DNA of 63,993 nucleotides, filler included, from Gonapodya sp. JEL0774 (GCA_027604505.1; 9 parts of 9 records of this genome joined end to end with filler, not necessarily neighbours in it), one strand, 5' to 3'; positions 51,504-63,993 are shown, counted from the whole stretch's first letter. Notes: generated from the letters alone by a model not told the origin. Translations and numbers: made by a program.

Positions 51504-54347
51504 CAATGTTATGAGTGAGTGAGTTACTCGCTCATTTTGTTCAACTCGCTACTCACTCACTGAGACATGTGCCCAACTCGCAACTCGGCTCGCTCATCAA
51601 CAGAGGCAACTCGCTACTCGCTCACTCAATGGGAATGGCAACTCACAACTCGCGAGTTAACTCGCGAGTTGACTTGCTTGGTGCTAAAACTGGTTTATGC
51701 GTCGCCGAAACCTTCGATTCACCTAATTGCAAAAAGTTTTGTACAATTTCAAACCAACAGATAATAAAATTTGTTATTATTCATCACTTTCTTGCCATTA
51801 TTACAGGAAACTCTTGTTTCCACTTCTTTAATAACATTAAACTTCTAATCATCCCCACACCTAAACGCGCCCTCTTATCACCAATGACATTCCTACCCGC
51901 CGAGAAGATCCTCTCTGCCTCCGCACTTGTTGCTGGAATTCCAAGGTAGTCCCGTGCCATCCGCTGGAGTCCGGGGAGGTCCGTCCTCCCTTTCCAATAT
52001 TCCAGCAGGTCCGTCTTCCTTGGGTTACGTGCCTCACCAAGATACCGGTCCAGTTCTCCTACCATCTCCTCATCATCGTCAAAAAGGTTTGACGAGAGGA
52101 GGTCCCGAGACATTTGTTTGCCCCGTACCCGTCCCATGTCTGACCCAGCATCGGAGTATCCTGCCTGATACACTGTCCTGACTGCATCGTCTGCCTGTCG
52201 GACATACACAGACTCCCACTGTTGCTCCCGCATCCATGATCGCTTATAGGCGGGGTGTAGAACTTCCACATTGATTAGTTTTTCAGACAAAAAAAGTTGA
52301 ATCCGCTGGGGGGAACACTCACCTAGTGCAATCCAATAAAGCTTTGAGTCGTCTGTCTTTGCATAGTATTTCTGCAGTACATCCATGATGCTTGCTTGAA
52401 CTGCCACAAGAAGTGGCTCCGAGTCCAAATCCTCGTCCTCAAGCCTGTCCATGATGATGTTGAAGAGTGGGACCACCATTACAAGGGTTGGGTACACTGC
52501 ACCCTCAACAACCGACAGAGCTTGGGCCATAGGCTGGTCGCGGGAATCAACCAACGTAAACAATTGAAAAACATTTCCACACTCACATCGAGCAGTTTCC
52601 TGACCTTCTCCAAGTAGTTCCACTCATCCTCCGACAGCTTCAATTCCCGAAGACTCCTGTCAGATGCCAGAAGCTTCTCGACCTCCTTCCTGTCCTGTAT
52701 GGCTCGGGTAATGGCATCGAAGTCCGACTTCCACCGGGTTCCCACAGGAGCAACCAGCTCCCGAGCCTTAGATGGGTCGGAGAACTGCGAGGCATATAGC
52801 TCGCGAGTCTGCGGAGACTTACGAACTCTGAAAATAAGCTTGTACAGCTTGCCATTCATGGCTAGCGATGGTCAGGTGACAGTCAGCCCACAAAAACGCA
52901 CAAAACTTGAACTCACCTTCTCCACTGGTCCACCATTCCCACCAGTCACATCTTCCTCCTCGAATTCCGGAAGTTGAAGCTTGGCCAGACCAGCGCGGAC
53001 TGCGAGGTGGAGGATGTGGGCAAAACACCGGACCGAGGAATCCTCCGAATCAAAATCCTGAGGGACATCTGGCGCAGCCATGATTGCTCGCATCATTGTC
53101 CCATTGTTGGCGGCATTGTCCGTTGTGAATGATAGGAGCTTCGTTCCAATCGATGGGTTTCGAAAGTCTGGGTAAAAGAACAGCCGAAAAACTTGCAAAC
53201 AAAATCAAACTCACCTTACTAGTGAGACCCCACTTCCTCAGAGCTTCCAATATAATTGATGCAAGGTTGTCCCCCGAATGTTGACCCTTCACATGAATGA
53301 AGTCCAGTAGGACCTTCTTCATAGTCCAATCCCGTCCCACCCAGTGTCCTGTGACAGCAGCAAAGCTGTGTCGCTGGTCCCGAGTAGTCCAAACATCTGT
53401 TGTGCATGCAATTCGCGTGCAGTCTTCCTGAATAGGGGGTTGGAAATGGTTTGGTCGACAACTTCAAACCTACTCACCTCCAACAGCTTGTACAGGATTC
53501 TGTCCAGTCGCTCCATTTCGTCCAAAATATCCCCTTGAATCATGTCCGCTGAAATCCGGGGCGCTTCAGGGCAGGCTACCGCCATCATCTGCAAAAATCA
53601 CCAGTTCGATGGTTCAGAGAGAGGCTGGTCAGAAGCTACGACCCAAATGAGCACAGCCGCCCGATAGGCATCTTCCTTGAATACCTGTGAGCAATTCTGA
53701 GTCCTGGAAATGTCATCTGCCTCGAGTGTCACTCACCGGAATCGCCTCACGTTTCCGCTTTGGCGCAGTTTGCATGTCCACAAGGGTCAACTGACTTGGG
53801 CCCGTTCCTTTCTTCTCATCCAGCTTCTTACGAGTCTCAGGATCCTTGATTGAATTGGCGTGAAATCGGATGGTATGCGAAATGAGAGTTGAAGTCGACA
53901 ATTGGTTTGTCATATCGTACCTAGCGAAAACATTACAACCATGGAAATAAAAAGTAATGAAAAAGCTTACGTCACTCCTTTGCAGCCATTCTGTCCTGCG
54001 TGGAGGCAGATTGCCCTCTTTCGTGATCCATTCTCCTGTTTCTCAAAATGGCCATCCCGGAATACCCAAGACAACTCCCGCTTGCCGGAAACAAAACGTT
54101 TGGCAGTGGTCCATTCGCTATCAACGTCGGTGACAGAGGCGCCCATTTCCGATTCGGGGTGCTTGGGGTTCCGAGCGAGTTGGGTGAGTTAACTCATAAG
54201 TTATATTATATAAACTCGTTACTCGCTCACTGAACTATATATGCAACTCGCAACTCGGCTTGCTCACACCTTTCGGAACTCATACTCGCACTCGCGAGTT
54301 GCGAGTGAGTGAGTGAGCGAGTTTTGACTCACTCACTCATAACATTG
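51504..54347 (-). mobile_element. Full-length hAT DNA transposon (2844 bp)
   Basis: Perfect 21-bp TIRs CAATGTTATGAGTGAGTGAGT (51504-51524, 54327-54347); 8-bp TSD CTCGGTCG/CTCGGTTG; ACTCGC subterminal repeats. Confidence 0.95.
51784..54146 (-). pseudogene. Multi-exon hAT transposase (BED finger, DDE, dimerisation domain) with one premature TGA
   Basis: SWVF..HF..C..C..STSTLISH..H; TTDVWT; TTDNAAN; RCFAHILHL; TRW; IPATSAEAERIFS; in-frame TGA at 53598-53600. Confidence 0.9.
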
Positions 54348-57066
54348 CTCGGTTGTTTATCCCGACTGGGCCCCTGAGACACAAGCCGCAGGCTTGGAAA
54401 GAGAGGCGTTGCCAAAATGGCGACCAGTTGACCAAGTGCATCAAGATGGTATGACTTGCCGAATTGATGTCACCGCCTGGTGGCGGGAGAGCCTACCCAA
54501 GCCTAGAAATGAATGGGAAAACTCTGGCAGAGTGCCTGAGTAAGGGGTGTGCACAAAATCACAGATAGAGTGCATAGAACTAGGTATATTCCAAACGGGT
54601 AGATACAGCGAGACGCTAACAAATATAGTCAGTGTCTACCCTCCCATACGGGGATCTCAACATAACTGCCAACCGAGAAGTCATAAGGTCGGGTTATGTA
54701 GCAAAGCAAGAGGAGTGAAAGTGCTCACAAACTTGAATCGCTTAGATCCTTGTCGCTGTTGCTCTCAGAAACTCTGGAGAGACAATGCGCCCGGCTTGAA
54801 GAAGCCGAGACGGTACCAGCGCCAAGGGTGGGATTTATTGTGGGCTTAGAACGCGCAAAGACCCTGGCACTTGCTATCGTCTTACTGCCGTTCAGAAGAT
54901 CTGAAAAGGGAACAAGCAGTGTCAGAGTGAGCGGTTGGGCGGGTGGGACAGCTTTTCACTGGGGAAGTTGGGGGCTTTCCAGCCATCAGATTTCGCGGCC
55001 ATCGCCTCTACAATGTCCGATCTTTCAAACGCGCGTGTTCTGCCGGCCATCGGTGCGCCTTTTTTGATGCGAATGGTCCAGGTGAGTGGTGGGATGTTGG
55101 AAGCACGATTCTCGGAAGGGGGCCATCAAGCCCTTGTGAGGATTTCTTCCTTCTCTAATTCAAAGTGTAATTTGTAGTTCAGCCTCGTGAGTGCCGCGCT
55201 CTGCTTGGACTCCAAATGGACCCTTCGACTTTCGGGTTCGTCAATCACAGGATGACTCCTTTGTCTTTACGTGAGGTTCTTCAGATGAAATTTGGGTTTA
55301 AGATAACTGTAAGCTCTTTCTCGCGTTTGGATTGCTTTTGGGTTTGTTCACCTTTTCGTGCATACCACCCCAGGATACTGCACAAGCACTCATTGCCAGA
55401 AGGTAAATGTTATATACCTGTGTAATGGCTCCGTTAATTTAAGGTGCTCTTTCTCCTGAGATGCAAATCGCTCTCACTCCCAGGTCAACCTGTTCATCTA
55501 CTTGCACGGGGAGCTGTTGCAATTCCTTCGAAGCCACGGTCTGGGAACCTAGCAGGCAGTGGCATTTTTTCAAGCTATTTCTTCAGGGCTCAGGTGAGTG
55601 AGCTAGGCGAGAGTTTTTTCTTCAGTGGTTAGGTGAGTGGAGTTGTATTCTTCTTTCGAAGTTTGGTGTTTTCGGAATTGGGACCAGACAGGGGGTGGTA
55701 TAGTGGTGGGCTTGAATTATCTCAGCCACTCAATCATTAATTTAAGTGGACTAGTCAGCGTAAAAATTAGCCGAAATACAAAGATGCTGTCGTTTGAACG
55801 ATATTCTGAGTTCCTAGGTGAAGAGACAAAAGTGGAACATTCAGAGCGATCCGACCCAAATCTGACTCGCTCTGGAGTCCACCATGAGCCAATCCGGATT
55901 AACTATACGTAATCCAGAAAGGGGGTCCGCAGCCGGTCAAATCCGGCGCTCCGGGGCGCTCCGAGGTGCTCCGGCGAGGTTTGGAGGGACTTTGCACTTT
56001 TCCTGATGATGGAGGGGTTAGTGACACTAAATTTCTCTCAAAAATCCAAATCAAAAATTCCCCTGCCCTTCTTTCCGTGAAATTCCACGCCAGGCGCCGC
56101 TAAAATCACCTCGATAATGGCCAGGACCCACGGCATCCCCCCCCAACCTTTCCTTGTCCCCAATTGCGCTGTCCGGGGATCTGGTGTTTCAGAGAGTATG
56201 AAGACAAGCAGTACAATCAGGAAAAGCGCAAGGTGCAAAATGTGAAGGTGAGTAGCATGTTGGAACACGTAGCATTTGCCAGCAAATAGGTGGAAAGTGA
56301 TACGGGATTCGAATTCCGGCCTGGGTTTTGGACGGAGGAATGAAACGGAGCTGGACTTCATTCAGATTGGGAGATCCATGGTAGTAAGTAAGTGCAAAAT
56401 GGCTGCTTTCAGTGTTTCACCGACTGTTCTTCAACCCAGCAGATCCTTCTGTACGAGCTCCGACGACACGAACTTCCAGTTCCTCCCATCCCTGAACCTA
56501 AGAACCCCTAGATGGTTGACAAAATTGGACCGCTGGTATGAATAGTAAGGTGAGCTCTCATGACCGCTTGGTGATGTTTTGTGATTGCCGAGTGAGAGTT
56601 CTCCTTCCTCCATTGGCACGCTCAAACCCCTCCCCCCTCAGGTGGACCAGTCTGGGCCTCTACTGCGATTGGATGACCAAGACGACCAAGACGTACTTGT
56701 GTATGCCCAAAGGACCACCCAACAGTGAGATGGAGACGGGCTTCACCGCTATCGTACATAAACCACCACGCACCCCCCATTCCCGCAAAGATCACTGCAA
56801 TGGCTCGCTTGGTGGTGGGCTTACTGGGAGTGCACGGCATTGCACTCGCCAGGTCCCTGTCTCGCGCGGCAGGTGGGAACGAAGGGGACTACGAAACCTA
56901 CTAGGGGTGTGTGAATGTGAATCGATTGTGTGACCCCTTCCAAACTGTCCCAAACTCTCCCAACACACTCCCCATATATAGTAAATTGTTTTTTGTGAGT
57001 GGGGAAGTACAGTTCCCCCTGTGAAAATGGGGTTTTTTGGGCTGAAACTGGCGATAGGGTCCAAAA

Positions 57067-57519
57067 CTTTGAATTTGTAACTAGGCACTTTAAACAGTTA
57101 TAATTCCCAATTTTTATGCTCAAACCATCACAATATATCAATGTTGATACTATATGTGTTAGGAGTGTTGAAATATGCCCACATTGTTGCTAATTGTGAG
57201 GGGTGGTGGTGTTGATTGCGAGGTTCTTTGAATTTGTAACTCCACACATTCTACATATTAACATCCATATATTCTCGTCAAAACCAACACACAATATACC
57301 AGGTTTGATATGTCATTGCATGGGATTGAGTTAGCATGATCCCATGGTGACTAACTGTGATGGGAACTTGTGTGGTTTGGGCCAACCTTTGAATTTGTAA
57401 CTCCACACATCTTGCATAATAATATTTGCAATTTCGTGTCAGAATAAACATAATAAATGCCAACGTTGATGTTGGATTGCATTGGAGTGGGTTAGCATGA
57501 TTGCATGATGACCAATTGT
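57067..57519. repeat. Degenerate ~160-bp tandem repeat at contig end
   Basis: CTTTGAATTTGTAACT at 57067, 57226 and 57387; GTTAGCATGAT block repeated at the same period. Confidence 0.7.
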
Positions 57520-57619
57520 NNNNNNNNNNNNNNNNNNNNNNNNNNNNNNNNNNNNNNNNNNNNTTAATTAATTAANNNNNNNNNNNNNNNNNNNNNNNNN
57601 NNNNNNNNNNNNNNNNNNN
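57520..57619. other. Artificial contig spacer
   Basis: N44-TTAATTAATTAA-N44. Confidence 0.98.
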
Positions 57620-58254
57620 CTAGTGTCTCTAGTACATGTGGGTATTTATACTAGTCTGTGGCCACCCAGTGGGTCAGATGTCACGGGTACACAACAAGTT
57701 AGCTAGGGGTTTCTTTTTTGTGAACTACAGTACAAGGAGAATAGAGAAGGACTCGCTCCGAGCTGACCTGTTGCGTAAGTTTCGCTGTTTGTTTGAACTT
57801 CGCCAAAGATATGCAGCTGTAGTCCACCAAATTGCGAGTTAGACATTTCAAGCCATTTGTCAAACGCACAATCAAAAATTGGGAGCAGAATCAGCAAAAT
57901 TCTCGCTAAAACAACATCTAATATATTCAAACTGTGTTTTGAGTCATTTTCTCATATGCTATTGTGTTCTCTTATCGTCTGCTGACACTGTGACAGGGTT
58001 TCAAACGGGCACTAGGAACATATATCCACAAAACAAACTGTGCGCTGAATACCGGGACAAGCCTAAACATAACGCTTGAGTATTGTTTCGCTAGTTTTTG
58101 AGGTGATCTGACCCCGGGGGATACTGGAAATGGAGGAACTCGGGGTCCCGAGATGTTGATACAGACTCACCCCGCTTGGTCCCGTCATATCACGGCCACA
58201 CTCGGAGAACAATCAAGATAGTATCAAGAGGAAAGCACTCTGAATGAATATGGA

Positions 58255-60466
58255 TTACAGATTGGCGAGGATAGCATGGACTTCCCGAAGCCCATCTGAA
58301 GCATTCGGTCGCTTTTTCGCATCTGTTGCCATCATACTTTCTCCAAGTGCAACGAACCTGCCATCCAAATTCACAATACGCCGGTCCAGTTCACGAATCA
58401 ACATGCCCACGCCCCAAATGTCAACCTCCCCGCCGTGGTTGTTCTGAAAGATTTCTGGTGCATGATTCGACGAACCGAGAGTGTTAGGATCTGCCGCCAT
58501 CGTTTTGGGACCAAAGGCGGCATCATCCCAGTCGATTAAAAACCACTCGGAACCGGTTGCATCTGCAACGACATTGGGCCACCGTATGTCTCGGTGGTAA
58601 ATAGGATTTCCCCCTTGGTGTGCAACCTATTGACGAGGTGGGGTACACATAGGATCGCCCAAGGTGTATCAATATTATAGCATACTTACCTCAAGTGTTT
58701 CAAGCACGCATTTGATTGCTATGAGTCCTTCCTTTTCCGCCTCCGGGAGACGTGGAATTCCCCTGGGAGTTACACTAGCGACACTCACATCTTTACGATC
58801 TGCGGGAGTGCAGTCTCTGACGTTGCCGACATGAGGGACATTGGCATTTCGGAGCTTTGCATAGACTTTTAGGAGATGTTTCAAGCGGGCCTGGTGATGC
58901 AGTCCCTTGAATGTCTTCAGGACATCAGCGCTTCGCAACACAATTATGCGACGCTCACTGTTCAGAAAACAATCAGAACGTAAAAACTTCATGGTCTTGC
59001 TCACAACCACACCTACTTTTCAAGGGGTGTAAATTCAGGTACGTCACTCCATCGAACCATCCTTCTTACTGGATCAATAAACCTCCGCAAGTTCATCAGG
59101 AACACAATGTTGCAAATGCGATGGGAGCGATAAGAAAGATTGAAGTTCAGCAAATCTAGCACGGCTGGCTGTGTCCCTGGAGCTGAGGGACTGAGTAAGG
59201 CGACATAATTCACCATTGGGCCAATTGCATAGTAGCCTAAAGTAATTGGCATAAACATTACGGAGATGAAGCAATGTAGTTGAAACATACCGAACACGTA
59301 TGGTGCATCCCAATAGAACCATTCTAATTTGGCAGATAGCTCATTTCGTGGTATGTGCGGGTTGACGCCACGGGCTTTTTCCTCTCCACGGAAAACGCAT
59401 ACATTCTGATATATGAGATTGAAATCAGGTCTCTTCTTTCCAGTGCTTGTGCCGTAAGACGTATCGCGGTCGGCTTGTGCGTCGCCTCCAAAGAGAAACA
59501 GCAGCACGTTCCGAATGTTGTCGTCCCAAAAATAATGAAAACTTGCCTCCGTCGACCCGGGAGGAGGTTCGCGAATAAGTGCGGTGTCCACGGTATTTGG
59601 GATCTCAATGTCACTGGTATCAACCACTCGAAACAATTCCTTCAGCTGCGTCTCGGTGCAAGAACTATATTGCGAGTAGAGATCTCCTGACAAGCGGTTC
59701 AACTTCCATTGACGAATGGGAATCTTCGCATCTTCCGGAAGTGGTTGGTTAAGAAGGTTGGGAAGTGTATCCGCCGAGGGAAGTGAGGCGACAGGGTTTC
59801 GAGCCAAGAAGCTCACAATTTCATGGGCAGTATTCCCTGAAAATTATACCATGTGCATTGAGAATGCATTTCCAAGGGAACACGTTCATATTCTCACTCG
59901 TCGTGTATGCCACTTCCTGGCCTCGCATGTTCGCTGGTTGGAGTACTTTGGTGAGAATAGACAATGTTCTACGGCAAGTCTAGACACAATGAAAACAAAC
60001 CTTGCGGTCGACGGACAACCACGTGGATGTGCTTCTTCGCAGGGGGTTCTTGAAAGTATTCGGAAATCTCGTCCAACGCTCCCATCACGTCAGCTTCCTT
60101 CAAGGAGTCTTCTGTGATGGAAGCTCGTGCCGCGTACGAAATGTTGACTTTCCAGAGGTCCAGCTGGTACGCATCAACGTCCGACAGAGTTCTAGACATC
60201 TTCGCCTTGATAGCCTCCTTCAGAGAGTTGACAGACGCCGTGGGAGTAATCCGGACCTCAAAAGGGTTCTTTTCACCCAGCAAGAGAAAATTGAGAGTAA
60301 TTTTCGTGGTGGGCGTCTTGGGTGCCTTGAAGAGGCGGTCAGATGTGAGTTCTGGCGGGCTTTCGCCAGGGGTTCCAGGCGAGGAGTTACGGGAAAGGGA
60401 GCGCTTCTGCGACTTTGAACCGCGACGAAAGAGTTCGGGACCAACGTCGTCGATTTCAGCGTCCAT
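58255..60466 (-). CDS. Crinkler (CRN) effector: ubiquitin-like CR-NTD + REase-like domain + protein kinase
   Basis: PFEV..SVNSLKEAIK..VDAYQLDLWKV..KKHIHVVVRRP; FHYFWDDNIR..RPDF..VFRGEEK; HRDIRWPNV, FLIDWDDA, HAPE, VDIWGVG. Confidence 0.88.
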
Positions 60467-62483
60467 GTTTTCGGCAGAGTGAGCGAAGGCAAACAGCTTG
60501 GGTGACTGTGCTTCGTCTGCTACGTGCTTCAGTCCAGTCACGAGGCTGAATGAATGACGAAGAAACTCTGGACTAAAGATGTGAACACAATTATCTACTC
60601 TGAATATCGGATGTTCCAAGTTTTGTTCGTTCGGAAAGGAGGTCCTTTTTGAGGAACTTTTGTTTCCGACGGCACTCTTTTGCGGGGTAATAAGCGTTCT
60701 TCAATATATAAAGATAGATAAACTAGAAGAGGAAGAACCTGTCGCTAGTAATCTATAAGCAATTTTGAGACGGGTATGGTGTCCCGTTGACTGTATGTTG
60801 GTACAAGGTCAAGGTACGTCTTCGATCCCACCAACAAAGTAATCATCTCGTGCACATTGCTCGTATTAGTCATACAAACTGTCCCGGTCTAAGTTCTCGA
60901 TGGGCTTGTTCAAAGAGATAAAAGGCCGAGGATTCGCTTATGTATTGTGAGCTGATCGTGGTCGACCAAACTCGTTGTCTTCTTTATCGAACGGAACCTT
61001 TTGTTTTCAAGATCGAGTTTCCAAGCGCAAGCAACGCCTTCATTAATATGTTATCTCCACCAAGGAGATGTTAGGTTGCCGGATCTTGGAAGATGGGTGC
61101 AACGAGCTCAAGTCCTGTGAGTTCTCCGGAACAACTGTCCTTCCAGTTTTCACCCTCCCGGTTGTCGTTAACCTCATCCCGGTACTCAGCTCTAGATATC
61201 GTCGTTCTTTGGCTGTACTTACCCAGTCAAATTTATCTTGACCCACCACTGTGATTGACGTTTCGTCCCGGACATGTGTTGCTATGATCCACCTCCTCAA
61301 CGAACGAACACTTCTTCCGTTGCCTAGGTGAGTATTCAACTTGGGCTAAGCGAAATTTTCTGTCTTTTGTGTAGTTCTGTTTCCTCCTCCCTTCTCAGAC
61401 CGCTCGTTCACTATCCACTTCCGCTCACCGCTTTCTCTCCGGGGCAACCTATGCTCCCGTGTTCTGACGCAGTATCTGGATCACCATTGAATTAGGTGGT
61501 TACAATTCCTCATCCTCCTGCCGGTGCCGTCTGTGCTGATGTTCCGGAGACTTGAGAGACTTGAGAGGTTCAGACGGCGTTGCAAATAGAGTGGACGGGA
61601 TTGCTGCACGCGGATTTGGCAAAGCGAACTAGGGTACGGTGGGAGCACGCTTCACCAAGTCTGCGGCAGCCATGTATGCTTCGCAAACGCACGAAACGAA
61701 ACAAAAATCGAGAACAATAAAAGAGGACCGAGCGAAGGAATTGGAAGCGTGGGGAATCGCCGGGGACCGGACAAGTCAACGGTTTGTCCCGAATCTGTCG
61801 GCGTAATGAATCATTGGGCCTCCAGCGGAGCGCATCGAAGCAAAAACTCACCACAACAGCGCACTACGTCCTCTTTCCATCGGTTCCGACCACCCCAGTC
61901 CGCCATCTGCGGGTCCCGGGAGGCTCGTGATACGGTCCAGACGGGATCCACGCGATAGGGTACCCGATTCCGCAAAGCATTCAGCGACATAGCTCTCCTT
62001 TGTTAGCGCGATCATTTCTGTTCTTATGCCTCGTTTCGAAGAAGAAGTGGGTGGTGGCGGGCATGAGGTGACACAAAACCAACACGAGGTCGACTGGGAA
62101 CCGCCCAAGCAACAATCGAATAATATATATGCGATCGGTGATTAAAAATGATATTCGAGTGATATTCGATGTTTTGTTGAATTACAACGTCGTTAGGGAT
62201 GAACAAAGTAATTGGCACTAATCACAGGTGGGTGGTTTTTGTCCCTGCACGGGCATCGAATCGATCTCACTTTGCGTAAACCTCACGGCAGCAACGGCCC
62301 GCCGCGCATCCTCTCCTCCACAATCAACCGCTATCGACGCAGTCTCGAGTGTTACACTTTTCTGTCAGAATAGGTAGTCGGGAAAAGATGAAATGTAATG
62401 AATACAACCAACAAATATTCCACACAGCTATTCACATTCGTTGCTCTTGTTGGAAATGGAGGCTAGACAACCATGGATGACAA

Positions 62484-63993
62484 TTAGGAGAACATGCAAG
62501 AAGGGGAGTCGGTCCAATTCAACCCAATTGTCCCCGTCTGCGCGAGTACGTTCAAAGGTTCACGTTCATGGGATGGAAGTGCATCTCTCAGCATGTAGGT
62601 GAGAACCCTCATCCGCTTAGTGTCATCATACTCAAACGGGTGGTCCAAATAGTCACCCAGAGCTGCCTCAATTTGAAGGCGGACGCTCGAGGGACTTCCG
62701 CAGCTTGAATATATCCGGGAGGCCCGGAGGCTGTTGCTGTTGGGCAAGTTGAAAGCCTAGTACACGAACAACTTTGCGCAAGAGAAGCTCGAAATAGTAC
62801 GCACTGGAGTGGTTTTGCTATAGGACGAGATCTGAGATATTAGGTTCTCGCTGTATTGGGCTATGCTTTCCAGCAACGACAGCGCGGCCTGACATGGAAT
62901 ATCTGACCAGAACAAGCACTTTTGACCTCCGGGGGTTTCGCCTATCCAATAAAGCCGCCACTGATGTCTAAGATCTGTCAATATAACGAATCCTGTCAAA
63001 GGCTGGGGGTTCTCATGAAAAAGCAGCAAATACGCCCTCCCCTGAGGGTCTCCATTGGAGAATTCGTGCGGCTTCTTTACTTGCACAAATGCAAATCGAG
63101 CTTGATGAGCAGAAAAGGTGATGTCTGGCCTTCCTCTCAGAATGAGCTGTCGCGGAAGGGAATAAAGTGCAATTGAGTGCCCGTTTAGTTCAATCGACGA
63201 CCAAAAGGAATCCAAAAATACCTTCCCAATTTTAATTTCAAGAAAGTGTCCATTATGGGTATCCTTGAAAGTAGTGTGCCGAGGGAGCGACAAGTTACTT
63301 CCAAACCACTTCATCACCTGGTCCATTTGTTGATGCTCCGTCCGGTCTTCGTCCCACACGAACAAATTTACCTGTCGATCCTGTGATTGTGCAAGAGTAC
63401 TGAAGACATCGGAGACCACCTTGTACCTTCGAAATGAGTTTATTTCTGGACGCAACATGATGATCAAGGAAACTCACAGGATGCACCAGGAGCTTTAAAT
63501 GTTGGAGGGCGTTTTGCATCAGCGCCGATGAAACTGCAGATGCTTGGTATGACAATGCTTTCTCCTCATTTTCTTCCCGAAGTCTTTTCACGATTTTGTT
63601 TGCGAAATCATTCAGGTCGATGTCACCTGGCCTCTTCTGTGAAGCACCTGGGAAATGTACATATCCAGTGCAATGATGACTCTTCCAGTAGTCAAAGGAT
63701 CTCACAAACCTTCCGGTCGACGGACAATGACGTGAATGTGCTTTTCGGTCCCTTGGTCGGGGAAATAAAAGATCACTTTCTTGAATGGCTTCATAACATC
63801 CTCTTCCTTCAAGGTATCTTCCGCGATAGATGCTCGAGCCTCGTACGGAATGTCCACTTTCCAGAGGTCCAGCTGGTACGCATCAACGTCCGACAACTCT
63901 GGTGAGAGTTCCTCCTTGATGGCATCTTTCAGAGAATTCACCGACGAAGACGGATCGATGGAGACTTCGAAGGGCAAGTTTTCGCCAAGCAGG
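62484..63993 (-). CDS. Crinkler (CRN) effector, 5'-partial: CR-NTD + different REase-like C-terminus
   Basis: PFEV..SVNSLKDAIK..VDAYQLDLWKV..KHIHVIVRRP; FVWDEDRTEHQQ; GRPD..FVQVKK..Q..VILTDLRHQWRLYWI. Confidence 0.85.

Noticed and set aside
50480..51680. CRISPR-like short repeat arrays (CTCGA/ACTCGC)
   Set aside because: No constant repeat-spacer structure and no cas genes; these fit transposon subterminal repeats in eukaryotic DNA
53598..53600. TGA read-through or alternative genetic code
   Set aside because: Intact genes here use TGA as a normal stop (SCP2 SKL-TGA); in-frame TGAs are confined to decaying elements
7150..57619. Regularly spaced TTAATTAATTAA motif every ~7.2 kb as a biological periodic element
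   Set aside because: Always centred in N runs and stops all six frames; contig lengths decline monotonically (7118, 7102, 7101, 7095, 7093, 7081, 7080), so this is a concatenation linker
61848..62013. Possible degenerate SH3-like exon between the CRN genes
   Set aside because: Only vague motif spacing; key residues are absent and no coherent gene model could be built
1..63993. A lipid-metabolism cluster (SCP2 + ACADs) or one immunity island (IRG, LRR, CRN, F-box)
   Set aside because: The genes lie on different contigs joined artificially; there is no evidence of linkage

Overview
This window is not contiguous genome. It joins nine ~7.1 kb contigs, sorted by size, with artificial 100-bp spacers (44 N + TTAATTAATTAA + 44 N), so neighbours across spacers mean nothing biologically. 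The DNA is intron-rich and eukaryotic (GT..AG introns mostly ~50-230 nt, micro-exons). A PF20/SPAG16 flagellar central-pair gene, Crinkler effectors and fungal-type cytochrome-b5/acyl-CoA dehydrogenases point to a zoosporic fungus (chytrid/monoblepharid-like; inference). Housekeeping-type genes: tandem-SCP2 protein ending SKL, double-fasciclin GPI-like protein, tail-anchored VOC dioxygenase-like protein, SPAG16 and two tandem b5-ACAD paralogs. Accessory genes: an N-myristoylatable IRG/IIGP-like GTPase abutting a catalytically altered OTU domain, LRR genes built from 84-bp phase-1 exons, two CRN genes with different nuclease/kinase C-termini, and five F-box-type genes or pseudogenes. Mobile DNA: a full-length hAT element (21-bp TIRs, 8-bp TSD), a full-length two-ORF PIF/Harbinger element, hAT and gag remnants, and a TE end abutting a USP fragment. 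The transposons show C-to-T decay, often at CpG. All gene models were spliced by eye and no database searches were run.
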